DNA from: Desulfobacterales bacterium
GTDB lineage: Bacteria > Desulfobacterota > Desulfobacteria > Desulfobacterales > UBA2174
Assembly: GCA_963668645.2 (NCBI GenBank)
Contig: CAXXWC010000019.1
Location: 160,001-224,000 of the forward strand
Length of the DNA: 64,000 bases
Direction: 5' to 3'
The position numbers were made by a program, and so were the translations under genes. The notes under the pieces were generated by a model. That model was not told the DNA's origin. It saw only the letters and a program-made list of their open reading frames with translations, and ran no database searches. Positions 1-9,507 of this stretch are shown one piece after another (position 1 is the first letter of the stretch; each line of letters starts with the position of its first letter).

Positions 1-1307
1 GGCCGATGGAGAAGGCCCCCCTGACCGCCGGTCGCGATCTGGACTGGGCCGAGGCCGTGGCGACCGCCAAGCCGGCCGACTGCGTGCCGGTGGCGGGCAC
101 CGATCCGCTCTACATCCTCTATACGTCAGGGACCACGGGCCAACCCAAAGGGGTCGTGCGGGACAACGGCGGCCATGCCGTAGCCCTGAACTGGAGCATG
201 AAGGCCATATACAACGTGGATGCCGGAGATGTTTATTGGGCCGCCTCAGACGTGGGCTGGGTGGTGGGGCATTCCTACATCGTATACGGCCCGCTGCTGC
301 GCGGCTGCACTACGATCCTCTTCGAGGGCAAGCCGGTGGGCACCCCGGATGCCGGAGTTTTCTGGCGCGTGATCGGCGAGCACAAGGTGCGCGCCATGTT
401 CACGGCCCCCACGGCGTTCAGGGCCATCAAACGCGAGGACCCCAGGGCTGAACTGATGCAAAAATACGATCTGTCCAATTTTTGCACCCTCTTTCTGGCC
501 GGCGAACGCCTCGATCCAGACACCCTTAAATGGGCCGAAAAGGCGCTCAACGTGCCGGTGATCGACCACTGGTGGCAGACCGAAACCGGCTGGGCCATCT
601 GCGCCAACTGCATCGGACTGCACCAATACCCGGTCAAGCAAGGCTCGCCCACCAAAGCGGCCCCGGGATGGAACCTCCATGTGGTCGACCCCAACAACCA
701 GCCGGTGCCGCCCGGTCAGATCGGCGCCCTGGTGGTCAAGCTGCCCCTGCCGCCGGGGACCCTGCCGACCCTTTACAAGAACGACGCCGGGTTTCTCAAA
801 AGCTACATGGAAGAGTTCCCGGGCTACTATAAAACGGCCGACGCCGGCTTTATCGACGCCGACGGCTACGTATTTGTCATGGCCCGCACCGACGACATCA
901 TCAACGTCGCCGGCCATCGGCTGAGCACCGGCGGCATGGAGGAAGTGTTGAGCGACCATCCCGACGTGGCCGAGTGCGCCGTGGTGGGCGTCGAGGACAA
1001 TCTCAAGGGACAGGTACCGGTGGGTTTCGCAGTGCTCAAGGCCGGGGTGGACCGTTCCCACGAGGAGATCATCGCCGAGCTGGTCAAGATGGTGCGCGAG
1101 CGCATCGGGCCGGTGGCCAGTTTCAAAAGGGCCACGGTGGTCAAGCGCCTGCCCAAAACCCGCTCGGGCAAGATCCTGCGCGGCACGATCCAGAAAATCG
1201 CCGACAACCAGCCGTACAAGGTGCCGGCCACCATCGACGATCCGGTGATTTTAAATGAGATGGAAAACGCCCTGATCGGGATCGGATACGCCAAAGCACG
1301 AAGCTGA
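1..1307 (+). CDS. prpE: Propionyl-/acetyl-CoA synthetase (AMP-forming), 5' end outside window
   Basis: YILYTSGTTGQPKG AMP-binding motif, DHWWQTETG, LPKTRSGKILR; frame open from window start. Confidence 0.85.
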   Translation, partial: PMEKAPLTAGRDLDWAEAVATAKPADCVPVAGTDPLYILYTSGTTGQPKGVVRDNGGHAVALNWSMKAIYNVDAGDVYWAASDVGWVVGHSYIVYGPLLRGCTTILFEGKPVGTPDAGVFWRVIGEHKVRAMFTAPTAFRAIKREDPRAELMQKYDLSNFCTLFLAGERLDPDTLKWAEKALNVPVIDHWWQTETGWAICANCIGLHQYPVKQGSPTKAAPGWNLHVVDPNNQPVPPGQIGALVVKLPLPPGTLPTLYKNDAGFLKSYMEEFPGYYKTADAGFIDADGYVFVMARTDDIINVAGHRLSTGGMEEVLSDHPDVAECAVVGVEDNLKGQVPVGFAVLKAGVDRSHEEIIAELVKMVRERIGPVASFKRATVVKRLPKTRSGKILRGTIQKIADNQPYKVPATIDDPVILNEMENALIGIGYAKARS

Positions 1308-1352
1308 AAAATCACTGCACGAGCATCTCAGCGCCCAGTTTCAAGTTCTCAA

Positions 1353-1393
1353 TCGCTCCGGCGGCCTTTTTCCCGAAAGGGCCGCCGGAGCGA
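1353..1393. terminator. Strong stem-loop after prpE (terminator or stabiliser)
   Basis: TCGCTCCGGCGGCC...GGCCGCCGGAGCGA 14-bp perfect stem; no U tract. Confidence 0.5.
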
Positions 1394-1559
1394 CCCGTAA
1401 TTCTCGCTGTAACCAAGTCGATAAAGCCCGCCGTGTCACAGCCAACGCGCCTATCGCCTTCGGACCGCCCGGAAGACCACCGGCTGACTCGGAGTGTTGA
1501 CTGATGGCGACAGAAAGCAGCCGGGCGGACCGGCAACTGCTGTAAAGCGAGTCGAACGG

Positions 1560-1588
1560 TTGCATTTTGAGACCCGATTCAGTATAGG
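1560..1588 (+). promoter_or_regulatory. Candidate sigma70 promoter of tmc operon
   Basis: TTGCAT-N17-TATAGG upstream of tmcD. Confidence 0.4.
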
Positions 1589-1709
1589 ACGCCTTTAGCT
1601 TTTCGGAAAGCTGCGCCATTAGCACGCCATTAGGAGGATTGGACGTACCGCCGCCACGGCCTTGCCTCCAAGAGGCATAATCGCACCGCCACCAGGAGGA
1701 GGAGGGCGC

Positions 1710-2969
1710 ATGACCGATATCGCAAGCTGGGACTGGGACATCGGTGAAAAATCGATTTCCGTGGCCCCCTGGAAGGATCAATTCCGCTGGGTCGAAGAAC
1801 TGTATGTCAGCCCGGACGGGGAGCGGGTCGCCGCCATCGTCAACATCGACGAAGGCGAATTCGGTGTCTGCGTCAACGGTGAAGCCTGGGAATCGCATTT
1901 CGACAAGATCTGGTACCTGCGCTTTTCCCCCGACGGCCGCCTGACAGCCCTGGTCTCCGACGGCGGCGAATGGACTGTCGCTGTGGACGGCGAGGCCTGG
2001 GAAAACCGCTTCGGTTATGTATGGAACACACTTTTTTCCACCGACGGCCGGCACATCGCCGTGGCGGCCCAGCAGGATATGCAATACGCCATGGCCCTGG
2101 ATGGAGCCATGTGGGAAAAACGCTTCGCCAACATGACCGATTTCGCCCTGAGCCGCGACGGCCTGCATGCCGCAGCAGCGGTGCAGGTAAGTGAAACCGG
2201 CGAAGCCGACCTGGTCAAATTCCAGGCCGGATGCTACTCGGCCGCCTTGGACGGAAAAGTCTGGGACACGGCCTTTGTCAATGTCTGGCATCCGGTCATC
2301 AGCCCCGACGGCACCCGCCTGGCCGCCGAGGTGCGCCAGACCCTCTACGATTACACCATCGCGGTGGACGGAACCCCCTGGGGCCAAACCTTCGCCAGCG
2401 TCTGGGAGCCGATCTTTCATCCCAACGGAGCCGTTATTGCACCGGTGCGCATCGACGGCAGCTGGACCCTGGCCGCCGACGGAACCCCCATTTGGGAACA
2501 ACGCTTCGTCCAGGCCTGGCACCAGATGATCAGCCCCGACGGCACCCGGCTGGCGGCGGTGGTCTCGCCGCGCTACGGCCTGTGGACCCTGGCGCTGGAC
2601 GGCATCCCATGGACCACAACGGTCAATGAAATGGTCACCGAAGCGGTCTTCAGCCCGGACGGCCAACATCTGGCAGCGGCGGCAAAGCATGACGGCCGAT
2701 GGTCCATGCTGGTGGACGACCGGCGTTGGGAACAGGCCTTCGATCGGATCTGGGCCCCGGTCTTCAGCCCGGACGGCAAGGTCCTGGTGGCCAGGGTCAA
2801 AGCCGGCGGCCGCGACCGGCTGGCAGTGAACGGCCGGCTCCGGCCCGAAGCCTATGAAAATCTCTGGCCTCCGGTCTTTTCACCCTCGGGCGACCGGGTG
2901 ATGCTGCGCGGCATTCAGGACGGGACTTACCACCGCCGGATCCTGCCCCTGGACCAGTTGCTCGCATAA
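1710..2969 (+). CDS. tmcD: Tmc complex subunit D (Trp-rich beta-propeller-like protein)
   Basis: Repeated FSPDG/ISPDG blades, Trp-rich, AGGAGG RBS before ATG 1710, upstream of tmcCBA. Confidence 0.85.
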   Translation: MTDIASWDWDIGEKSISVAPWKDQFRWVEELYVSPDGERVAAIVNIDEGEFGVCVNGEAWESHFDKIWYLRFSPDGRLTALVSDGGEWTVAVDGEAWENRFGYVWNTLFSTDGRHIAVAAQQDMQYAMALDGAMWEKRFANMTDFALSRDGLHAAAAVQVSETGEADLVKFQAGCYSAALDGKVWDTAFVNVWHPVISPDGTRLAAEVRQTLYDYTIAVDGTPWGQTFASVWEPIFHPNGAVIAPVRIDGSWTLAADGTPIWEQRFVQAWHQMISPDGTRLAAVVSPRYGLWTLALDGIPWTTTVNEMVTEAVFSPDGQHLAAAAKHDGRWSMLVDDRRWEQAFDRIWAPVFSPDGKVLVARVKAGGRDRLAVNGRLRPEAYENLWPPVFSPSGDRVMLRGIQDGTYHRRILPLDQLLA

Positions 2970-2980
2970 AGGGAGAAAGC

Positions 2981-3640
2981 ATGCATGCCATCTACCAGTT
3001 CGTCAGCGGCCCTCTTTTGTGGATCGCCGCCATCGTGTGCCTCGGCGGGTGTCTGCTGCGTTTGATCAGGTTGTTGCGGCTCACGGCCCGCAAAGAGCCG
3101 TTCATCTACACTTACATGAGCCTGAAATACAGCCTGCGCTCGATCCTGCACTGGATCGTGCCCTTCGGCACCACCAACTGGCGGCGCCATCCCTGGCTCA
3201 CGGTGGTCACCTTCGCCTTTCATTTCTGCCTGCTGGCGGCGCCTCTTTTTGTCATGGCCCATGTCATTCTGTTTGGCGAGGCCTGGGGGTTTGCCTGGTT
3301 CAGCCTGCCGGATGGGGCGGCGGATTGGATGACCGTGGTGGTGGTCGCCGGGGCGGTCTTCTTTCTCGTGCGCCGCATCGTCCGGCCCGAGGTGCGCTTC
3401 GTGACCTCGACTTCGGACTATGTCCTGCTGGCCGTCGTGGCGGCGCCCTTCGTGACCGGCTTCATCGCCTATCACCAGCTTTTCGCCTACCCGTGGATGA
3501 TGATCCTGCACATCCTGGCCGGTGAAGTCATGCTGGTGGTCATCCCCTTTACCCGGCTGGTGCACATGCTCTTCGCCCCCTTGACGCGGGCCTACATGGG
3601 ATCGGAGTTCGGCGGTGTTCGCCACGCCATCGACTGGTAA
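2981..3640 (+). CDS. tmcC: Tmc complex membrane cytochrome b subunit (NarI-like)
   Basis: Multiple hydrophobic helices with His ligands (AFH, AHV, LHIL, IPFTRLVH). Confidence 0.85.
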   Translation: MHAIYQFVSGPLLWIAAIVCLGGCLLRLIRLLRLTARKEPFIYTYMSLKYSLRSILHWIVPFGTTNWRRHPWLTVVTFAFHFCLLAAPLFVMAHVILFGEAWGFAWFSLPDGAADWMTVVVVAGAVFFLVRRIVRPEVRFVTSTSDYVLLAVVAAPFVTGFIAYHQLFAYPWMMILHILAGEVMLVVIPFTRLVHMLFAPLTRAYMGSEFGGVRHAIDW

Positions 3641-3693
3641 AGACCGGGCAGCGGCGGGCGGCCTTTTCGTTCAACCATTCAGGAGGTGCCTTC

Positions 3694-5028
3694 GTGGCGG
3701 AACCGGCTCATCAAGAAATTAAAGCAACCAAGGATCCGGGAATCGAAAAGGGGGCTGCCGGGCTGACCGAGGAACGGATCCAGGCAGTGATCAACCGGGT
3801 CATCGACAAGGAGACCGGAGCCCGTCTCAAGGCCTATGTCGACACTTGCGTGCATTGCGGCCTCTGCTCCGAAGCCTGCCATTACTACCTGTCCCGGGAC
3901 GGTGACCCGCGATTTTCGCCGGTGGGCAAAGTCAAACAGACCCTTTGGGAAATGCTGCGCCGCAAGGGGCGGGTCAGCGTCAATTTCATGCGCCGGGCCA
4001 CCGAGATCGCCCATACGGAGTGCAACCTGTGCAAGCGTTGCGCCATGTACTGCCCCTTCGGGATCGACATCGCCTACCTGATGCTCGTGGTGCGGCGCAT
4101 CGTGCATCTGCTGGGCATGACCCCCCAGTATATCCAGGATACGGCCCACAGCCACTCGGTGGTGCTCAACCAGATGTGGGTCAAGCCGGACGAATGGCCC
4201 GACACGCTCCAGTGGCAGGAAGAAGAGGCCCAGGCCGAGATCCCGACCCTGCGCATCCCCCTGGAAAAAGACGGGGCCGAAATCATGTACTCTGTCATCG
4301 GCCCGGAGCCCAAGTTCCAGGCCCAGCTCATCTACCAGGCGGCAGTGATCATGGACGTGGCCGGGGCCGACTGGACCATGCCGGCCAGCGCCGGGTGGGA
4401 CAACAGCGACATGGCGATGTTCACCGGTGACAACGAGATCATGGGGCGCATCAAACGCGCCCATTACGAAACCGCGGCGCGGCTCCACGTCCAGCGGATC
4501 GTGATGGGCGAATGCGGCCACGCCTTCCGCTCGGTCTACGACGTGGGCAACCGCTGGCTCGGCTGGCGCCTGCCGCCGATTCCCATCATTCATGCCATCG
4601 AGTTCTATCACGAGCTGATCGTACAGGGTAAACTGCGCATCGCCAAAAAATGCGACACCCCGGTGACGATCCACGATCCGTGCAACGTGGTGCGCGGCGG
4701 GGGCCTGCATGAAAAGGCGCGCGAACTGGCCCATGCCCTGTGCACCGAAGTGGTCGAGATGCACCCCAACCGCGAACACAACTACTGCTGCTGCGCCGGG
4801 GGCGGGGTGATCAACTGCGGTCCGCCCTACAAGAAGAAGCGCGTCGAGAGCAACCGCGTCAAGGCCGACCAGTTGGCCGAGGCCAAGCATCGCGGCGCGC
4901 AAATCCTCATCGCGCCATGCCACAACTGCCACAGCGGCCTGGAGGACATCAACCACGCCTACGGCCTCGGCATGGAGATCAAGTTTTTCGGCGACCTGCT
5001 CTACGAAGCGATCGAAAAACCGGTCTGA
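3694..5028 (+). CDS. tmcB: Tmc complex Fe-S / CCG-domain subunit (HdrD/DsrK-related)
   Basis: CVHCGLCSEAC, CNLCKRCAMYCP, ECGH, HDPC, CCCAGGG, PCHNC. Confidence 0.9.
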   Translation: MAEPAHQEIKATKDPGIEKGAAGLTEERIQAVINRVIDKETGARLKAYVDTCVHCGLCSEACHYYLSRDGDPRFSPVGKVKQTLWEMLRRKGRVSVNFMRRATEIAHTECNLCKRCAMYCPFGIDIAYLMLVVRRIVHLLGMTPQYIQDTAHSHSVVLNQMWVKPDEWPDTLQWQEEEAQAEIPTLRIPLEKDGAEIMYSVIGPEPKFQAQLIYQAAVIMDVAGADWTMPASAGWDNSDMAMFTGDNEIMGRIKRAHYETAARLHVQRIVMGECGHAFRSVYDVGNRWLGWRLPPIPIIHAIEFYHELIVQGKLRIAKKCDTPVTIHDPCNVVRGGGLHEKARELAHALCTEVVEMHPNREHNYCCCAGGGVINCGPPYKKKRVESNRVKADQLAEAKHRGAQILIAPCHNCHSGLEDINHAYGLGMEIKFFGDLLYEAIEKPV

Positions 5029-5049
5029 CCGGCACTTAAGGAGACTTTC

Positions 5050-5421
5050 ATGAAGTCGATCCCCGCACTGCTGCTCGCCATCGTCCTGGTCGCCGGCACC
5101 ATTTGCCTGGCCCAGGAAGAAATGCAGGTGGTGGACAACGATGCGTTCATAGCCCCCCGGCGCCCCCCGTCGGTCTTCGCTCACGAAGCCCACAACGAGA
5201 CGGCCGCCATCGATGAATGCAGCGAATGCCATCACGTCTATGAAAACGGCCAGCGGGTCGAAGGAGAGTCTTCCGAGGACCTGCGCTGCAGCGACTGCCA
5301 TGCCGAAACGGCCGACGGCGCCACTCCGGGCCTGATGGACGCCTTTCACCGCAACTGCAAGGGGTGCCACGCACAAGAAGGAAAAGGGCCGTTGATGTGC
5401 GGCCAGTGCCACCAGAAATAA
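5050..5421 (+). CDS. tmcA: Acidic tetraheme cytochrome c3 (type II)
   Basis: Signal peptide, four CxxCH motifs, acidic composition. Confidence 0.9.
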   Translation: MKSIPALLLAIVLVAGTICLAQEEMQVVDNDAFIAPRRPPSVFAHEAHNETAAIDECSECHHVYENGQRVEGESSEDLRCSDCHAETADGATPGLMDAFHRNCKGCHAQEGKGPLMCGQCHQK

Positions 5422-5495
5422 CGGATTGATGATCGGCGGTCGGTGAGGGCCGGGTCCGGCATCAACAATCTGCCGCATCAGTCCAGGAGGCTGTC

Positions 5496-5849
5496 ATGCC
5501 CAAAAAAATCCTCATTATCGAAGACGATCCGGTGATCGTCCGGTATCTCCAGGCGGTGTTCAGCGACAACGGCTATGCCACCTGCACCGCCACCAGCAGC
5601 GCCGAGGGATTGGCGGTGGTCAGGGCCGAAAAACCCGATCTGATCACCCTCGACTTGCAGCTTCCCGGCGAGTGGGGCCCACGCTTTTACCGCCGGCTGC
5701 GCCAGGATAAAGACTTGCAGGATATCCCGGTGATCGTGGTCAGCGGCATCGACGGCGACCATGCCGTCAAGGACGCCATCGCCTTCGTCAAGAAGCCTTT
5801 CGATCCGGAAAAGCTCATCGGAATCGTGCGCAACACCATCGGCGGATGA
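5496..5849 (+). CDS. Single-domain response regulator (tmc-associated type)
   Basis: ILIIEDD, DLITLD, KPF receiver motifs. Confidence 0.85.
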   Translation: MPKKILIIEDDPVIVRYLQAVFSDNGYATCTATSSAEGLAVVRAEKPDLITLDLQLPGEWGPRFYRRLRQDKDLQDIPVIVVSGIDGDHAVKDAIAFVKKPFDPEKLIGIVRNTIGG

Positions 5850-6120
5850 GTGCAGGTTCGCCCGGAGCAAAGAGCGCCCAACGCTCTGGACTCGGAACCG
5901 GACGGCCCCACATTCATTTGAAAAGGTTGTAGAAAATCCTGCAAGACAAGGCTGTTCAATCGGCCCCCGGGATTTTTTGGTGCTTGTCTGAGCCCGCAAA
6001 TCATGCTACCAAAACGGGCGATCGCCTCCCGGAGGCCACCCCGGGCGGCCATCAACACCTCCCGGTCGATTCAAATTCTTGTCAGCGCTGTAAAAACGGT
6101 TTCAAAAGGAGCGACAGGCA

Positions 6121-6621
6121 ATGGCCAAGAACAACTGGAGCACGCCCATCGTACTGGTAATCCTGGCAGGAATCTTCTTGCAGGTCATTTTCTGCCTGGT
6201 GGAGAACCGACCGTCACCCCACCGTACCGCCCTGGCCTTCTCCAAGGCCTACTACGCCCTTGATCCCCAGATGGGCAAATATCTGTGCAATGATCTCAAG
6301 TCCGATGAAGACCTCGATCTTGTGGCCGAATATCGCAACCGGCGTTTCGACGAGGCCCGCCAGCGGGGCCTGCCCTTCAGTTACATGAAAGGCGCCTTGG
6401 TCCACTACGAAACCGAAACCCGGCTCGGTGCAGACGGCAATAGCGCCGCGGTGCAGCTGACCGCCAAACGGCGCACCGCCATCAACCCCGTCTTTGCCTG
6501 GGTGGCCAAGCTCTTTTCCATCGGGCATAGCCAGCCGGTGGAAGAGGTCATCGAGCTGGTCAAGGAAAACGGCGCCTGGAAGGTATGCGGCAACCCCTTC
6601 GGCCTGGTTGAAAACGGCTGA
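6121..6621 (+). CDS. Hypothetical membrane-anchored protein (possibly DUF4878/NTF2-like)
   Basis: AAGGAG RBS, N-terminal TM helix, C-terminal IELVKENGAWKV. Confidence 0.6.
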   Translation: MAKNNWSTPIVLVILAGIFLQVIFCLVENRPSPHRTALAFSKAYYALDPQMGKYLCNDLKSDEDLDLVAEYRNRRFDEARQRGLPFSYMKGALVHYETETRLGADGNSAAVQLTAKRRTAINPVFAWVAKLFSIGHSQPVEEVIELVKENGAWKVCGNPFGLVENG

Positions 6622-6732
6622 AAACGGATACCGTACTGCGTCCGGCACACCCTCCCGGTGCACGCCGGCCGCATGCCTCTGGAGCGCTCCTGGCCTCCCT
6701 GCTCCCCCAAAGAGGGCCAAGACACGGTTTGC

Positions 6733-7491
6733 ATGGACACCGTATACGCGCGGCTTAGAGAATTCGCCCGTGAGATCGTAGCCCGCCACCCACGCCCACG
6801 CTTTTACACCGACTGCGGCCGGGCCTTCGCCGCCTCGGTCAACTTCTACGCCACCGATCCCATCATCTCCCGCTTGCGGCGCTTTGTCGCAAAGCGGTTG
6901 AACGATGATTTCGGCCATGGCATGATCCATGCCGCCAAGGTGACCCTGGATGCGGGCGCCCTGATACTGGCCGAAAGCGGCAAGCTGCCACCTTCTTTCC
7001 ATGCCATGGCGCACCGCTTGCGCCATGCTCAATGCGCCGGGTTGCTCCACGACATCCTGCGCCACGATCCAGACCACGCTTCGGCTGGGGCTGAATTCGC
7101 CGGCCGCCTGCTTTTGGGCTATCCTTTGCCCATCGCCGCGGTAAACGACATCCGCCGCGCCATCGCAGACCACGAAGCCTTTAAGGATTATTCTCCGCCG
7201 CGCCGGTCCGAAGCCCGGCTGCTGGGCGCCTGTCTTTACGATGCGGACAAATTCCGCTGGGGGCCGGACAACTTCACCGACACCGTATGGAACATGCTCT
7301 CCTTTGCCCGCATCCCCCCCGAGGATTTCATCCGGCGCTACCCCAAAGGGATGGAACGTCTGGCACGGATCCGGGATACCTTCCGCAGCGCCACCGGCCA
7401 GCGCTACGGTCCAGAGTTCATCGATCTGGGCATCGCCATCGGATGGGAGATCTACGATCGGATCCGCCATGAACCATGGAACCGGGCGTGA
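6733..7491 (+). CDS. HD-domain phosphohydrolase-like protein
   Basis: GHGMIH, AGLLHD, DHE, LYDADK motifs; start uncertain. Confidence 0.75.
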   Translation: MDTVYARLREFAREIVARHPRPRFYTDCGRAFAASVNFYATDPIISRLRRFVAKRLNDDFGHGMIHAAKVTLDAGALILAESGKLPPSFHAMAHRLRHAQCAGLLHDILRHDPDHASAGAEFAGRLLLGYPLPIAAVNDIRRAIADHEAFKDYSPPRRSEARLLGACLYDADKFRWGPDNFTDTVWNMLSFARIPPEDFIRRYPKGMERLARIRDTFRSATGQRYGPEFIDLGIAIGWEIYDRIRHEPWNRA

Positions 7492-7562
7492 TCCTGGCCA
7501 CGGGGCCTTGATCCGGCGGTGCACCCATCTGAAAAACAGCTGTTTCTTTCAGAGAGGATCCA

Positions 7563-8603
7563 ATGATGGATATGACTTGCATTGCCAAGCAGACCGTACT
7601 GCTCAACCCGCTCAAGGATATGGAGCGGCGCAGCGTGACCAGCGAAATCCGCCTGGATCCGCTCACAGGACGCAGTTCGCGGATCTGCCATTTCATGAAA
7701 CTGCAATGGGAAAAGCCGGACCTGAACGCCCTGGCGAAAATAACCGCTCCCCACTGCCCTTTTTGCCCCGAGCGGGTAATGGCCATCACCCCCTGTTTCC
7801 CACCGGAGATTCTGCCCGCCGGGCGTCTGGTCGCCGCAGACCAGGTGCTCTTTCCCAACCTGGCTCCCTACGAAGCCCTGAGCGCCGTTGCGGTCCTGGG
7901 CGCCGATCATTTTATTCCCATGACAGGCCTGGCGCCCGAACGTATCGCCGCCGGGTTTGAACTCTGCCTGGCTTTTTTCCGGGCACTGGAAGACGCCGGG
8001 CACCCTGAATCGGCCTACCATCTGATCAACTGGAACTACATGCCGCCTTCGGGCAGCTCCATCGTCCATCCCCATCTGCAGGTTTTCGCCGGCAGCTTCG
8101 CCCCGCAGCTGCTGCGTGAGGAAATCGCGGCCGCGTGCGCCTACCGCCAGGCCCGGGGCGCCAATTACTGGGACGATCTGGTGGCGGCGGAACGCCTCGA
8201 GGGCAGCCGCTATCTAGGAAGGATCGGACGTACGCAGTGGTTGAGCGCCTATGCACCCATGGGCGTGGCCGGAGACGTGGTGGCCGTGGTGGAAGGGATC
8301 GGCCGGACCATCGAGCTGACACCCCAAGACTTGCAGGATCTGGCCCTGGGGTTGACCCGCGCCATGGCGGCCTACGATGAAATGGGCATCTTCAGTTTCA
8401 ATATGAATTTTTTCAGTGCTGCGGCCGGCGAAGACGACTTCCGTCTCCACCTGGTTTTTTCACCGCGCACCTATTTCAACCAGGCCCTGGGCACACCGGA
8501 CGTGGGCGCTTTGCAGTACCTGTACCGTGAAGGGGTCTGCATGGCCTTTCCCGAAGAGATCGCCCAGCGGCTCAAACCGTATTTCGATCACGGCACCCCA
8601 TGA
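7563..8603 (+). CDS. Galactose-1-phosphate uridylyltransferase (GalT/HIT)-like protein
   Basis: RLDPLTG, CPFC, SSIVHPHLQ nucleotidylation motif. Confidence 0.8.
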   Translation: MMDMTCIAKQTVLLNPLKDMERRSVTSEIRLDPLTGRSSRICHFMKLQWEKPDLNALAKITAPHCPFCPERVMAITPCFPPEILPAGRLVAADQVLFPNLAPYEALSAVAVLGADHFIPMTGLAPERIAAGFELCLAFFRALEDAGHPESAYHLINWNYMPPSGSSIVHPHLQVFAGSFAPQLLREEIAAACAYRQARGANYWDDLVAAERLEGSRYLGRIGRTQWLSAYAPMGVAGDVVAVVEGIGRTIELTPQDLQDLALGLTRAMAAYDEMGIFSFNMNFFSAAAGEDDFRLHLVFSPRTYFNQALGTPDVGALQYLYREGVCMAFPEEIAQRLKPYFDHGTP

Positions 8604-9466
8604 CCTCTTTGACCACATCCCCTGCCACCCTCTACGTGGTGGCCACCCCCATCGGCAACCCGGATGATATCACCCTGCGGGCCCTGCGGGTGCTGGCCGA
8701 AGTGGACTTCATCGCCGCCGAAGACACCCGCAAGACGGGCCAGCTTTTGGCCCATCACGGGATCCAGGGGCACATGGCGGCCTACCATGAGCACAACGAG
8801 GAACGCAAAACCCCCGATCTGATCAGCCGGATCCAGGCCGGCGCTTCGGTGGCCGTCGTCTCGGATGCCGGCACCCCCTCGGTTTCGGACCCGGGGTTTC
8901 GGCTGGTGCGCGCAGCCCTGGCCGCCGGCTTGCCGGTGGTCCCGGTGCCAGGTGTTTCGGCCGCCGTCACGGCCCTGAGCGTTTCCGGGCTGCCCACCGA
9001 CGCCTTTGTCTTTGTCGGCTTTGCCCCTCGCAAAGCCGCGGCCCGCCGCCGTCTTTTCCAACGCCTGGCCCCCCTGGCGGAAACCTTGATCTTCTATGAA
9101 TCGCCGCGGCGCATCACCGGCCTGCTGGCGGATCTGGCCGAGGTCTGCGGGGATCGCCAGGCGGTCCTGGGCCGTGAGATGACCAAGACCTACGAAGAAT
9201 TTTTGCGCGGACCGCTCTCTTTGCTTGGAGATCAGCTGGCGCAAAGACCCGCGGTACGCGGCGAAGTGACCCTGCTGGTCGCCGGGGCCACCGAAGGGCA
9301 GGAGGTGGACTCCGATCTGCTGCGCGCCGTTCTCCAGGAAGCCTTTGAAAACGGCACCACCACCTTTTCACAGGCCGTCCAGCAAACGGCCGAAAGGCTC
9401 GGGGTGGCGCGCCGCCAAGTCTACCAGCTCGCCTTGCAGCTCAAGGGCCGGCCCCATGGCGGCTGA
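8600..9466 (+). CDS. rsmI: 16S rRNA C1402 2'-O-methyltransferase
   Basis: LYVVATPIGN, AAEDTR, SDAGTPSVSDPG, FYESPRR, REMTK. Confidence 0.95.
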   Translation: MTSLTTSPATLYVVATPIGNPDDITLRALRVLAEVDFIAAEDTRKTGQLLAHHGIQGHMAAYHEHNEERKTPDLISRIQAGASVAVVSDAGTPSVSDPGFRLVRAALAAGLPVVPVPGVSAAVTALSVSGLPTDAFVFVGFAPRKAAARRRLFQRLAPLAETLIFYESPRRITGLLADLAEVCGDRQAVLGREMTKTYEEFLRGPLSLLGDQLAQRPAVRGEVTLLVAGATEGQEVDSDLLRAVLQEAFENGTTTFSQAVQQTAERLGVARRQVYQLALQLKGRPHGG

Positions 9467-9507
9467 CCTTATCGGAAATTGACTCTCAACTTGCAGGAGA
9501 ACGCGAC

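Noticed and set aside
1830..2900. Repeated AGCCCCGACGGC-type motifs
   Set aside because: Codons of the FSPDG propeller repeats in TmcD
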